Shown one piece after another: positions 18,079-28,267 of a DNA stretch of 64,000 nt. The stretch lies in assembly GCA_965203275.1 (NCBI GenBank), contig OZ241865.1, forward strand, positions 480,001 through 544,000. Reading direction: 5' to 3'. Under the pieces are notes generated by a model. The model was not told where the DNA came from and did not search any database. It worked only from the letters and a program-made list of their open reading frames with translations. Within the stretch, counting starts at the first letter, position 1, and each line of letters starts with the position of its first letter. A program made the position numbers and the translations under genes. Source of the DNA: Bdellovibrionales bacterium. GTDB taxonomy: Bacteria > Bdellovibrionota > Bdellovibrionia > Bdellovibrionales > JAUICD01.

Positions 18079-19022
18079 TAAGACTTCCCTGCGTAAATAT
18101 CCATAATTTTTTTAAGCAATGCAAGTGCCTTTGGCTTCTCTCTTTGAAAAGCATTACGTCCTACAATGCTTCCAAAGCTACCTCCCTGATGCAATGATTG
18201 TATTTCTTTGAGTAGATCATCTTCTGTTTTAGCTGGACCTCCGCTAAAGATCACAATGCGTCGAGAGTTAAAAGCTGCCCTTAACACAATATTTGTACGA
18301 TAGGTTAAAGATTGTAAATCTGGATGCTCATCTTGGTTATGAGGTTTGTAAAGGTTTGGATTTTTCAGTGTGGCAGATGGAGGTTTAACTTTAATGATAT
18401 GGGCCCCTAATTGAGCAGCAATATGGGTAGCATAGCTGACAACATCCAAAGCTGTTTCATGTTCTTTTTGTAAACCTTCACCCCTAGGATAACTCCAGAT
18501 CACAATGAGTAACCCTGCTGCTTTGGCTTCTTCTATCAATACAGATATTTCTTCATACATTTGTTTACGATAAGAACTCCCTGGATAAATGGTAAAACCA
18601 ATACCTGCACAACCTAAACGCAAAGCTGCTTCAATACCAGAAGTGATTGAAGGAATAGGACCTTCTGGTTTAAATAAAGAATCAGAACTGTTGATTTTGA
18701 GAATGGTGGGAATTTCCCCTGCATATTCTCTTGCACCAGCTTCTATAAATCCAAGAGGAGCAGCAAAGGCATTGCAACCGGACTCTATGGCTAATCTCCA
18801 ATGGTAGTGAGGGTCGTAAGCATCAGGATTTTTAAAGAAACTCTGATCAGGACCATGTTCAAAACCTTGATCAACAGGCAAAATAACCATTTTACCTGTA
18901 TCTTTCAAATAACCATGATGAAGGATATGAGAGAGCTTTGTTAAAACCCCTGGAGGATCTGCTCCATACCAACTTAAAATTTTAGAGTTATTATTGTTAT
19001 TTGTTTTGATGTTTTTAGACAT
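18078..19022 (-). CDS. fbaB: Class I fructose-bisphosphate aldolase
   Basis: ILPVDQGFEHGP, WSYPRG, LGAHIIKVK, GSIVGRNAFQR; stop overlaps the lysS start (TAATG). Confidence 0.9.
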   Translation of the reverse strand: MSKNIKTNNNNNSKILSWYGADPPGVLTKLSHILHHGYLKDTGKMVILPVDQGFEHGPDQSFFKNPDAYDPHYHWRLAIESGCNAFAAPLGFIEAGAREYAGEIPTILKINSSDSLFKPEGPIPSITSGIEAALRLGCAGIGFTIYPGSSYRKQMYEEISVLIEEAKAAGLLIVIWSYPRGEGLQKEHETALDVVSYATHIAAQLGAHIIKVKPPSATLKNPNLYKPHNQDEHPDLQSLTYRTNIVLRAAFNSRRIVIFSGGPAKTEDDLLKEIQSLHQGGSFGSIVGRNAFQREKPKALALLKKIMDIYAGKS

Positions 19023-19142
19023 ATTATTTTTACTCTTGTATTATTTGAAATTTTGTTAATTATTCTGTGTTTAAATATGATTCCTTCGATGCATTTCTGC
19101 TTAAAAAAAAATAATATTTAAAGTATCAAAGTCAAAAGCTTG

Positions 19143-19679
19143 TTATAATGTCTTTTTACTCTCTAATGCATGTTGTTGTTCAAGTCTTCTTTGAAATAAA
19201 ACTTCCCTGTTAATTCTATATAAAATAGTTAGTTCTTCTAAGCCATCAGTTTTGACTTTTTTGTATTCTGAAATGAAATTTCTTTTATGTTCCATATCTT
19301 TGACAATGGTGACTTGAGTAGCTTTTTTATTTTTAACTCTTAAAATTGAAATACTCAAAGTGTAACGATATTCAGACAGCTGAGCATGATAAGGCGGTTG
19401 CCATATTTGCTCATTTTGAATATAGTTTGTTTTAAGGATGCCAGATTCCATATCGCTGATAGCTATAGGATAATTATTTAAGGCTATTTGAGCAGCCTTA
19501 AAAACTTGAATATAATCTCCTGAAATAGTTCTTTCTAAAAAATCCGGCACTTTTTTAGGATTGTATGAGACTATGTGAGATGGACTTGATGAGCAAGCAA
19601 TCAAATAGAAAAAGCTCCATATCATTAAGAGTGGTTGTACAAAATGCATTGTGATTCCCCTAGACATACATAGTTTCAT
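19143..19679 (-). CDS. Hypothetical lipoprotein
   Basis: LIAC lipobox; start may be a later ATG. Confidence 0.65.
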   Translation of the reverse strand: MKLCMSRGITMHFVQPLLMIWSFFYLIACSSSPSHIVSYNPKKVPDFLERTISGDYIQVFKAAQIALNNYPIAISDMESGILKTNYIQNEQIWQPPYHAQLSEYRYTLSISILRVKNKKATQVTIVKDMEHKRNFISEYKKVKTDGLEELTILYRINREVLFQRRLEQQHALESKKTL

Positions 19680-19724
19680 ATTAAAAGCTTAACATAAGTA
19701 GTTTTGGGATTCAAGTCAATAAAG

Positions 19725-20474
19725 CTAAAGAAATTGTCTGTAAAAACTTTTAAAATATAAGGCAAAAAAATTGTCTCTATTAGACATCTGCAAAAAAAAA
19801 CGTAGAAAGATATGAGGCAATCTATGATATTCTCCAATGGATTGGTAAATAGCATTGACATGTTGAGGATCAAGGCTCATAAGGACTTCAAAAGAAGTTT
19901 TAAAACCACAATCATGTTCTATCATCTGAAATGTAGAAGAAAATGATCGAAAGGCATACCTATTGTCATTAGGTATTTGTTCACAACGATGATTCAATGT
20001 GAGGGTCTCTCCTTGAGATTCTGAAATACTGCATATCAAAAATACTCGAGGATAGATTTCTGCATACCTTCTGTCTAAACCCATCGGAGAAAATATAAAT
20101 GAAACTTCGGAGCGTTTTACTTCTGTAGTACCTACTTCTGTAGTTTTTGGAACAGGTATTGCAGTTTCTTGAGATATTTTCATATCTAGTGGTCTGATAT
20201 TTCGGGTATTGAGCCGAAAGATCAATCTAGATATAATACCTGTGATAGGATGTTCTGGATTAAATGCCTTTAACCATTCATTCCAGATCATACTCCAAGA
20301 AATCTCATCATCAATTTCTTTGTAGTTTTCAAAATGAGTAATTCTGAGTTTTACTCTTTCATAGTCTGCTGGTATACACTGATCGTTTGAGCTTTTTATA
20401 ATAATTGTGTCATTTGTTAAAGCCCTAGTTGAGAAAGACCAAAATAATATGAAAATATAAATAAATACTTGCAT
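19725..20474 (-). CDS. Hypothetical secreted protein
   Basis: Signal-peptide-like MQVFIYIFILFWSFSTRA; ATG overlaps the upstream stop. Confidence 0.6.
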   Translation of the reverse strand: MQVFIYIFILFWSFSTRALTNDTIIIKSSNDQCIPADYERVKLRITHFENYKEIDDEISWSMIWNEWLKAFNPEHPITGIISRLIFRLNTRNIRPLDMKISQETAIPVPKTTEVGTTEVKRSEVSFIFSPMGLDRRYAEIYPRVFLICSISESQGETLTLNHRCEQIPNDNRYAFRSFSSTFQMIEHDCGFKTSFEVLMSLDPQHVNAIYQSIGEYHRLPHIFLRFFLQMSNRDNFFALYFKSFYRQFL

Positions 20475-21100
20475 TACGGCCCCCTTGTTATTTCGATGCA
20501 TTCAATATCAGCATCTCCTGTATTGAAAGCAAGGGAAGGTTCTGTTGAGATATTTTCTTCTTCATTTGGAGAGGATGTATCTGTCTGAGGATTCTCAGGA
20601 TTCTCATGGTCCTCAGGGGCCTCAGAGGCCTCGGAGGTAAGTGGATTTGCATTAGTATTCTCAACGTTATCTTGATCTGTGGGATCTGTGGCAAATATAC
20701 CTGATGTTGAAAATAAAGGGGAGTCTAAGGTTTCAATCATTTTTTCAATCCAATCCTGAAGTGGCAAGCCATCAATTTGACATTGTATATTTTTTAAAGT
20801 GATTGCTATGTTGTGGAGTTCTTGAAGATGATTGGCAATGTTTTTTATAGGATCTAAATCTTGTTCTATGGATTGCAAGTGAGATGCAATGTTTTTTAAA
20901 GAAAATGCTACACCTTCAAGTACTTGCAAGGCTTCTACAATACTATCTATCTTTTGGTTAATAGTTTCAATAGATTTTGTGTTGTGGGCAATATCTCGAG
21001 TGTCTTTTTGTATGCCACATCCCACCCAACATATTATGCCGATGCACAGAGTGCCAAGAAAAATTAACTTTTGAAAAGGTGTGTTTTTTAATTTTGACAT
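20474..21100 (-). CDS. Hypothetical lipoprotein (coiled coil, acidic tail)
   Basis: WVGC lipobox; repeated KNIA.HLQ heptads. Confidence 0.65.
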   Translation of the reverse strand: MSKLKNTPFQKLIFLGTLCIGIICWVGCGIQKDTRDIAHNTKSIETINQKIDSIVEALQVLEGVAFSLKNIASHLQSIEQDLDPIKNIANHLQELHNIAITLKNIQCQIDGLPLQDWIEKMIETLDSPLFSTSGIFATDPTDQDNVENTNANPLTSEASEAPEDHENPENPQTDTSSPNEEENISTEPSLAFNTGDADIECIEITRGP

Positions 21101-21203
21101 AGTAAAAATCCTTTTTTATTATTCTCTTTTTTAATTAATATAACTTGAATAGATAAGCAACCTTCAAATTAAAAAATATCATATTATAGAAGGTAAAACA
21201 AAT

Positions 21204-21710
21204 ATGCAACTTTATTATAAGGCTTTTCAAAGTCCACTTGGATGGATAGGTTTGTTGGCCTCTCCTCAGGGACTCCAACAGGTTTTTTGGAATACATCCT
21301 CTCATTATGTCCTTCCCTTTGCTACTTTAAAGCCAAAATACCCTATCTTACAAGAAGCTGAAAAGCAAATCAAAGAGTATTTTGAAGGGAGAAGAAAACA
21401 ATTTTCCCTCTGTTTAGATTTAAGGCAAGGTACATCTTTTCAGAGGAAGGCTTGGCATGCCCTACAAAAGATTCCTTATGGTCAGGTCATTTCTTATCAA
21501 AAACAAGCAGGCATGATGGGGTGTTATCGTGGATATAGGGCCGTAGGCAATGCAAATGGTAAAAACCCTATCCCTATTATTATCCCGTGTCATAGGGTAA
21601 TTCGTAAATCATCAGAAACAAAAATGACTCAACGTAAGATGGGTGGCTTTACAGGAGGGATAGAAAAAAAGGCTTTTTTACTCCAGCTAGAAGGTACTTT
21701 GGTTCACTAA
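21204..21710 (+). CDS. ogt: Methylated-DNA--protein-cysteine methyltransferase
   Basis: GTSFQ..AW..L..IPYG, RAVGNANGKNP, IPCHRV active site. Confidence 0.93.
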   Translation: MQLYYKAFQSPLGWIGLLASPQGLQQVFWNTSSHYVLPFATLKPKYPILQEAEKQIKEYFEGRRKQFSLCLDLRQGTSFQRKAWHALQKIPYGQVISYQKQAGMMGCYRGYRAVGNANGKNPIPIIIPCHRVIRKSSETKMTQRKMGGFTGGIEKKAFLLQLEGTLVH

Positions 21711-22520
21711 AAGTGGTCTAGCCTCTGGCTACTTTCTGGCAATGACCGCAATGGCTTTCGCCATTGGCAAAATGGTCATCACCTAGAAAGCCTGACCACT
21801 TTTAGTAGAAAGGATCTCTTCGTTTTTTAACACGATGTTAAGGAAAAAGATTTTCATTTGTAAACCCGCTTGCTCTCCAAAAATATTTTAGAAGAATACC
21901 TTGTTTCCCTAACATGGTGTCAGAAGCAAGGAGATCCGCTCTACTCAAAATGAGCAGATTTTTGAGGCATTGCTCTGACAGCGATAGCTGTCAGAGCAAT
22001 GCCCAAAAACACACCAGAGGTGTGGCTCATTTTGAGTGAAATGTTAAGGAAAAAGTTCTTTCTTACACCTTGAGTGTTGCCTGCAAAGGCTTTCGCCATT
22101 GGCAAAATGGTCATTGCCTCATTTGATTTGCACTAAAAGTAAACTGACCTCTGGTCACTTTTGGGTAGCCAGCCCGACGGCTACCGCCGTCGATCAAAGG
22201 CTGACTACCTCAAAAGTCCGTTTACTTTTAGTAGGGGAGGATCTCCTCGTCTCATAACTACATGTTAAGGAAAAAGTTCCTTCTCAAAAGCTTGTTCAAT
22301 TTTAGGAAGGAGGATATCCTCATTTTTTAACACCATGTTAAGGAAAAAGTTCCTCCTTACACCAGGATCCCGAGTTGCCGGTTCCCGGATGCCGGATCCC
22401 GGATCCCGGAAAAAGGATCCTCTCATATCCTTACACGATGTTAAGGAAACAAGCTATTTATTGCATTTTCTTTCGCCATCGGTAAAATGGTCATTGCCTC
22501 AAACTGAACACTTTTAGGGA
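21702..22520. mobile_element. Structured repeat mosaic, locus 3 (core units 21702-21846 minus, 21904-22041 plus, 22131-22274 minus; partial units; heptamer array about 22365-22408)
   Basis: Same head, cloverleaf and tail modules; lies between convergent ogt and ankyrin genes. Confidence 0.85.
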
Positions 22521-23194
22521 AAAAGGTCTATACAATTTTCAAAAATGACTTCTGGTGGATTTTCAGGATTGTATCTCGACATAGCATGCAATATGGCTTT
22601 CGACTTTTGAGTTTTATGGACCAAAGCATATCCTATAGCAGTCCATCCCCATTTATTGCTAATATCTATCCTTGCACCCCTGCTGAGTAGAAAACATATA
22701 GTTTCAATACGTTCATTTAAGACGGCTAACATCAAGGCTGTATTCCCCTGAATATTTGTGGCGTCTATTGTGCGATAGCCACCAGCCTGTAAAATTATTT
22801 TAATAATCTCTATATTGTCTCTTTTATCTGCGGCAACCATTAACAATGTTTCTTCCAATTCTGGAATAATTATAGCATTGGGATCTGCTCCAAAATCTAA
22901 GAATAACTGGATGATTGCTTTTTTATCATTTTCTCTATCGCAAACTTCATCAGCCAAAAGAACTTTTAAAAAAGATTGACCTCTATCATCTAAGGCATTA
23001 GGGTCTTCACCCCTTAGCAAGGCATCTCTTACTTGATCAGCCCGGCATAACAAAACAGCAAACTTTAGAGATATTAAATTTTCTGCGGTTTGAGAGGATC
23101 TCAGCGAAGCTTGACTGTGACCGAAGGTTATTTTTTGAGTCAATAAACCAAAGCTAATCAATGTGAAAAAAATTATATGTCGTAAAGAGATCAT
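22514..23194 (-). CDS. Ankyrin-repeat protein, probably secreted
   Basis: GEDPNALD, GADPNA, GNTALMLAV, GWTAIGYA repeats; hydrophobic N-terminus. Confidence 0.85.
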   Translation of the reverse strand: MISLRHIIFFTLISFGLLTQKITFGHSQASLRSSQTAENLISLKFAVLLCRADQVRDALLRGEDPNALDDRGQSFLKVLLADEVCDRENDKKAIIQLFLDFGADPNAIIIPELEETLLMVAADKRDNIEIIKIILQAGGYRTIDATNIQGNTALMLAVLNERIETICFLLSRGARIDISNKWGWTAIGYALVHKTQKSKAILHAMSRYNPENPPEVIFENCIDLFP

Positions 23195-23283
23195 CTATTT
23201 GACTTTAGATAAGATTCCAGACAGACACAAGTCCAAATCATATATTTGTGTTAATATTTTGTTTCTTTAATATGGTTTTCATA

Positions 23284-23358
23284 CGGGATCTGGGATCCGG
23301 GATCCGGCAACCGGCATCAGGTCCTGGAACCCGGGATGCTGGATTGCCAGATCCCGGA
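23284..23358. repeat. Degenerate heptamer array with inverted end (repeat family remnant)
   Basis: cgggatctgggatccgggatccggcaaccggcatc...ccagatcccgg; head-like tgtttctttaatatgg just upstream. Confidence 0.75.
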
Positions 23359-23385
23359 AGAACACCCTATTCAGGAAAAATAAGG

Positions 23386-23955
23386 TCAGATCAAAGGGTC
23401 TATAGGGATCACTTGAATATCTGGAAAGTCTTGTTGAAGGATCGATTCAATGGCATAAAGTGTCCCAGTGACAGCACTAGGGCAGGTCCCACAAGCCCCT
23501 TCGTAACGTATATAAAGCTTATTTCCTTCATACTTAACAACTTCTAAATCCCCTCCATCAGCTTGTAATCCACTTCTGACAGTGCGATCTAAAATAGCTT
23601 CTATTTTTTGCAAGGCAGGTGATGTTTGCTCTTTACACATTTTATTATTTTGGGCTTTTTGTTGATTAAAATGTGGATTATGAGTGGGCAATCTTGTGAT
23701 CAATACTGATTCAATTTGAGGCGATAGGTCCTTCCAATCAGAAGTATTCAAGCTGGGATCGCCTTCTTTTGTAATGCTAATGGCATTTTCAAAAAAATGT
23801 ACTTGTATGATGCCTGGGATAGCTAAAAGGTCTCTAGCTAAAATATTTCCCTTATAATCATCACCTGGATAAAAAGTAGCCTTCCCATCCTCAATAACTT
23901 TTTTAGTCACAATAAATTTTAAAGCATTCGGATTAGGCGTAGATTGAATATCCAT
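23386..23955 (-). CDS. NifU/NfuA family Fe-S scaffold (Nfu1 type)
   Basis: TPNPNALKF N-domain and LQADGGD..GACGTCPSA C-domain. Confidence 0.9.
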   Translation of the reverse strand: MDIQSTPNPNALKFIVTKKVIEDGKATFYPGDDYKGNILARDLLAIPGIIQVHFFENAISITKEGDPSLNTSDWKDLSPQIESVLITRLPTHNPHFNQQKAQNNKMCKEQTSPALQKIEAILDRTVRSGLQADGGDLEVVKYEGNKLYIRYEGACGTCPSAVTGTLYAIESILQQDFPDIQVIPIDPLI

Positions 23956-24381
23956 ATTTATACCTATAATGTAATGTTGTTCATCTTCTCTGCACTTCAC
24001 TTAAAGAAAACTTTGCATAGTTTACTCAAAATATCTCTTAATACCACATATAATACCACACACTCTATCACCTTTTGTTTGTTGCATATATGCATATATC
24101 ATTCCACATATCATTTATCATTCTTTTATCAATTAAATCAATTGATAATGATATTTGTGCTTTGACAGCATAAATATAATGACTTGCAAAAGAAGCCATC
24201 AATTAATTATTTTCCCTGTCCTGTAATGATGAAGTATTTGTTATCGATATTTATTTTGATACGATCTAATGCTAATGCAAAATCTAACGTAAAAGCTAAT
24301 GCTAATCTAATGAAAAATCCGACGAATACACAAGTATACTATAATAGCTATTGAATAAAGAAAGGCCTTAACACATCAAAG

Positions 24382-25590
24382 TCAAGAATTTTTCAGCTCC
24401 ATTTTAGCAATAGTTTGAAGTTGCATATTACTAGTGCCTTCATATATTTGACCTATTTTAGCATCACGATAATATTTTTCAATAGGATACTCTGTGGTAA
24501 AGCCATTGCCTCCAAAAAGGTCAACACCTAGTGAGCAAACTTTTTCACTCATGCGAGAGGAAAATAACTTAGCCATAGCTGCTTCTTTTGTGAAAGATAA
24601 ACCTGCATCCTTCAATCGAGCTGCATTATAAACCATGAGTCTGGCTGCTTCTAAAAGCATTCGCATTTCTGCTAATTGGAACTGCACAGCTTGAAACTTT
24701 GCAATAGGACTGCCAAATTGTTGCCTTGAAAGAATATACTGTTTGGTAGCATCATAAGCTCCTTGTGCAATACCAATCATTTGAGCTCCAATACCAATCC
24801 GCCCTTCATTTAAAACATGAATGGCAATCTTATAACCTTGACCAATCTCACCTAGAATATTTTCTTTAGGTACTCTACATTGATCGAAGATCAATTCACA
24901 AGTAGAGCTAGCTTTGATACCTAATTTGCTTTCCTTCTTTCCAACAGAAAAACCTTCAAAATCCCTCTCTACTAAAAAAGCTGTGATCCCTTTGTAACCT
25001 TTAGAAAAATCAACATTAGCAAAGACTAAAAAAAGCTGAGCTTCTTGAGCATTGGTGATCCATAACTTATGACCATTTAATAAATAGGAATCACCTTTTT
25101 TGTCTGCTTTAAGTTTTAGAGCAAAAGCATCTGACCCACTCGAGCTTTCTGATAAAGCATAAGCCCCTATCCATTGAGAGGATAACAAGGGTAAATATTT
25201 TGCCTTTTGACTGGGATTAGCCCAATAAAGCAGTGCATTATTCACAAGCGTGTTTTGTACATCCACTAAAATACTAACGGAACCATCCACACAACCTAGC
25301 TCCTCAACAGTCAAACAAACTGTTGTAAAAGAGCTACCTAAACCTCCAAATTCCTCTGGTATTTCGATCCCCATAATTCCCATATCAAAAAGCTTTGGTA
25401 TAAGATCAGGGTTTATTGTAGAAGCTTGATCCATTTGATAAACTAAAGGTTTGATTTCTTCTTTAGCAAACTCCTTGATGGCTTCTTTGAATGATATTTC
25501 ATCTTCCGAAAGATGAGTTAAAGCATATCTGATGGACTCTTGAGAACTTTGAGACACAATAGATTCTCCTGATAAATACTTATCCTTCAA
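24382..25590 (-). CDS. Acyl-CoA dehydrogenase (short/branched-chain-like)
   Basis: ALSESSSGSDAFAL, NGHKLWITNA, KLGIKASST, RDAKIGQIYEGTSNMQL. Confidence 0.93.
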   Translation of the reverse strand: MKDKYLSGESIVSQSSQESIRYALTHLSEDEISFKEAIKEFAKEEIKPLVYQMDQASTINPDLIPKLFDMGIMGIEIPEEFGGLGSSFTTVCLTVEELGCVDGSVSILVDVQNTLVNNALLYWANPSQKAKYLPLLSSQWIGAYALSESSSGSDAFALKLKADKKGDSYLLNGHKLWITNAQEAQLFLVFANVDFSKGYKGITAFLVERDFEGFSVGKKESKLGIKASSTCELIFDQCRVPKENILGEIGQGYKIAIHVLNEGRIGIGAQMIGIAQGAYDATKQYILSRQQFGSPIAKFQAVQFQLAEMRMLLEAARLMVYNAARLKDAGLSFTKEAAMAKLFSSRMSEKVCSLGVDLFGGNGFTTEYPIEKYYRDAKIGQIYEGTSNMQLQTIAKMELKNS

Positions 25591-25613
25591 ATATTTTTTG
25601 TGTTTATTTAATG

Positions 25614-25904
25614 TTAATGAAACAAAAAAATTAAATCCTGATCTTCAACCATATCAAAATGCTCTCTAGCAATTCTTTCTAAATGGGTCGGCATGTAATT
25701 TTTTTGGATTTCAAGCGATATATTAAGGCTTTTTTCTTTTAAGTGATCGATCTTATGAGTGAGATAAGCCTCTTTTTGAGATAACTTCCAAATTTTAACG
25801 GCCGTTCCATCTACTATAAGGTGAAAGATCATCCAAATAGAACACACAATCAATACAATTTGTGGGGACATAAGTAATTTTTCTATAAAATATCTACGTT
25901 GCAT
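25614..25904 (-). CDS. Septum formation initiator (FtsB/DivIC-like)
   Basis: One TM helix, coiled coil, LERIAREHFDMV..DLIF. Confidence 0.7.
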   Translation of the reverse strand: MQRRYFIEKLLMSPQIVLIVCSIWMIFHLIVDGTAVKIWKLSQKEAYLTHKIDHLKEKSLNISLEIQKNYMPTHLERIAREHFDMVEDQDLIFLFH

Positions 25905-26310
25905 AGTGTCATTTTCCTTTATATGATGGGAAAAAACAAATAGAAATAGTCCATTTGCTTTTTTCTACACTTTAGAACAAATCAATAGTCTGTTGTTCTC
26001 ACCACCATAGCTTCTAGCCTTAAAAGTATGAGAAAAAGTGTAAGGTGATTAAAAGGTTAGAAGCTTTAGTTAAAAAACGAAAGATCAAAGATCAAAGATC
26101 ATTAAACTCGACTTTAAGCTTAAATAAAAGCACTTAAGAATTTATTTTATTATAATTGTTTCAAATTGAGAAGTTTTCATTATTCCTTCCATTTTCCTCT
26201 GTGAATTGATCGCTAGATTTTTTTATGTGTTGTTCTTTCTTTTATTTGTAAAGGCTTTGTATGGGTAAAGGCTTTGTATCAAATCAAACTATAAAATTTA
26301 ATAAAAAATA

Positions 26311-27165
26311 TTAAAACCTCTCTTTAAGCCATGCCATTACATCTGAATAAACTTTTTCTCTGCCTATATCATTAAATATTTCATGGAGGTAGCCTTCATA
26401 AATCTTAAGAGTCTTGTCTGCCGAGGTGACTCTTTTAAAATAAGTTTTAGTCGCATCCACACTGACAAATGTATCTTGGCCTCCTTGCATCACTATAATA
26501 GGTAATTTGATCCTTGATGCATGATCTACAACATACTGACAGCCTTTTTCTAAACTAAAAAAGAGCCTAGGGCTGATTTTATCATGTCTTAAATGGTCAT
26601 GTTTGTATTCATTGATCACATCTCTGTCTCTACTAAGTTTATCATAACAAATATCGTATCTTCGAAAAGCAACGTCAGGAAGCCATTTGGCACAAAACTT
26701 CCCTGCCATCAGTAAAAGCTTAGGTACATCGACAGATAAACCACATAAAGGAGAGCTTAAAAGTAATCCATTTACGTTGAGTGCTTTGAGTTCTGATTCG
26801 TTAAGAGAAAGTAGCATTTTATTGCAGATCAGTCCTCCCATAGAATGCCCTAATAAAAATACTGGTATATCAGTTTGTTGATCTTGAACATACTTGATAA
26901 ATAGTTTCAGGTCCTCACAGAGATCAAAGAAATCATACACGACACCTCTTTTACCTTCAGAGCGTCCATGCCCTCGCAAATCCCAACCATAAATATTGAC
27001 ATTAAGAGGCTTTAAACCATTAGCAAATCTTTGATAACATTCTGAATGTTCACTTAAACCATGTGTTACAATTATAACACCTGTCGCTTTTTCAACAATC
27101 CAAGACTGATAAAACAGTTCTGAATCATTTAATCCACGAAAGTAACCTTCTTCTCTTTTTATCAT
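26311..27165 (-). CDS. Lysophospholipase/monoglyceride lipase (alpha/beta hydrolase)
   Basis: HGLSEHS, DLRGHGRSEG, GHSMGG, HEIFND. Confidence 0.92.
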   Translation of the reverse strand: MIKREEGYFRGLNDSELFYQSWIVEKATGVIIVTHGLSEHSECYQRFANGLKPLNVNIYGWDLRGHGRSEGKRGVVYDFFDLCEDLKLFIKYVQDQQTDIPVFLLGHSMGGLICNKMLLSLNESELKALNVNGLLLSSPLCGLSVDVPKLLLMAGKFCAKWLPDVAFRRYDICYDKLSRDRDVINEYKHDHLRHDKISPRLFFSLEKGCQYVVDHASRIKLPIIVMQGGQDTFVSVDATKTYFKRVTSADKTLKIYEGYLHEIFNDIGREKVYSDVMAWLKERF

Positions 27166-27472
27166 AATAAAATCTCCTTATATAGAATCTACTGATCACA
27201 ACAAGGCTCTTTCACACGATAGAGAGCTTTTCTGTCCCACTATAGTTATTATTTATGATAAAGTAAACTTCTTTTTTAAATTCATTTTATTTTTGCTTGC
27301 AATGCTCTGCAAGTTTTTATGACAAAGCTTAAAATATCTTCAATATTTTTGCTATTCTTACCTTATTCTTGTAGCTATAATAATCTCTCTTTAAGATTAT
27401 TATGAGTTTGTCACTAGACTTGATAATGATGTCTGTAGTAATTATATAGTCAATCAAAAAGGAGTTTTATTT

Positions 27473-28267
27473 ATGGCCTCTCCATTCGATCAACAAGCAT
27501 CTATTGATGGCATACAAAATGTTTTTGTCATAGCTTCTGGTAAAGGAGGTGTGGGCAAAAGCACTGTAACAAGTAATTTAGCTCTGGCACTTTGTCAACA
27601 AGGTAAAAAGATAGGACTCTTAGATTGTGATATTTATGGCCCTAGCATTCCTCGTATGTTGGGTTTGCTCAATCAGAAACCTACTGTCAGTAAAGACAAT
27701 CGTTTGATCCCATTAGAAAAATATAACATGAAGGTTATGAGTATTGGCTTTATGGTAGCAGAAACCTCTGCTGTGGTATGGCGTGGACCCATGCTATTTA
27801 AAGCCATTGATCAATTTTTAAAAGATGTTCAGTGGGGGTTGTTAGATGCTCTTATAATTGATTTGCCTCCGGGGACAGGTGATGTGCAGTTGACGTTGGC
27901 ACAGAGGATTCCCATTACAGGTGCTGTGGTTGTCACAACCCCTCAAAATGTGGCTTTAGCTGATGTGATCAAGTCTATTGATATGTTTAAAACAGTTAAA
28001 GTACCTGTGATAGGGGTGGTAGAAAATATGTCTTATTTTAGGTCAGAGCAAGGACGTATGGAGCTTTTTCCAAAAGGCGATTTACAATCTTATTTAACTC
28101 AAAATAATATTCCTCTTTTAGCTCAAGTGCCATTTCATACTTCTGTAGCTATGGGAGGGGAAGCAGGTTTACCTGTTGTACAAACACACCCTCAGAGCAT
28201 CGAATCCCAGGCTTTCTTTCAAATAGCTCAGTCAATTGGCTCACTAATTTCACTAAAAGTAAACTAG
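27473..28267 (+). CDS. mrp: Mrp/NBP35 (ApbC) Fe-S carrier ATPase
   Basis: SGKGGVGKST, DIYGPS, WRGPM, DLPPGTGD, VVENMS. Confidence 0.93.
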   Translation: MASPFDQQASIDGIQNVFVIASGKGGVGKSTVTSNLALALCQQGKKIGLLDCDIYGPSIPRMLGLLNQKPTVSKDNRLIPLEKYNMKVMSIGFMVAETSAVVWRGPMLFKAIDQFLKDVQWGLLDALIIDLPPGTGDVQLTLAQRIPITGAVVVTTPQNVALADVIKSIDMFKTVKVPVIGVVENMSYFRSEQGRMELFPKGDLQSYLTQNNIPLLAQVPFHTSVAMGGEAGLPVVQTHPQSIESQAFFQIAQSIGSLISLKVN

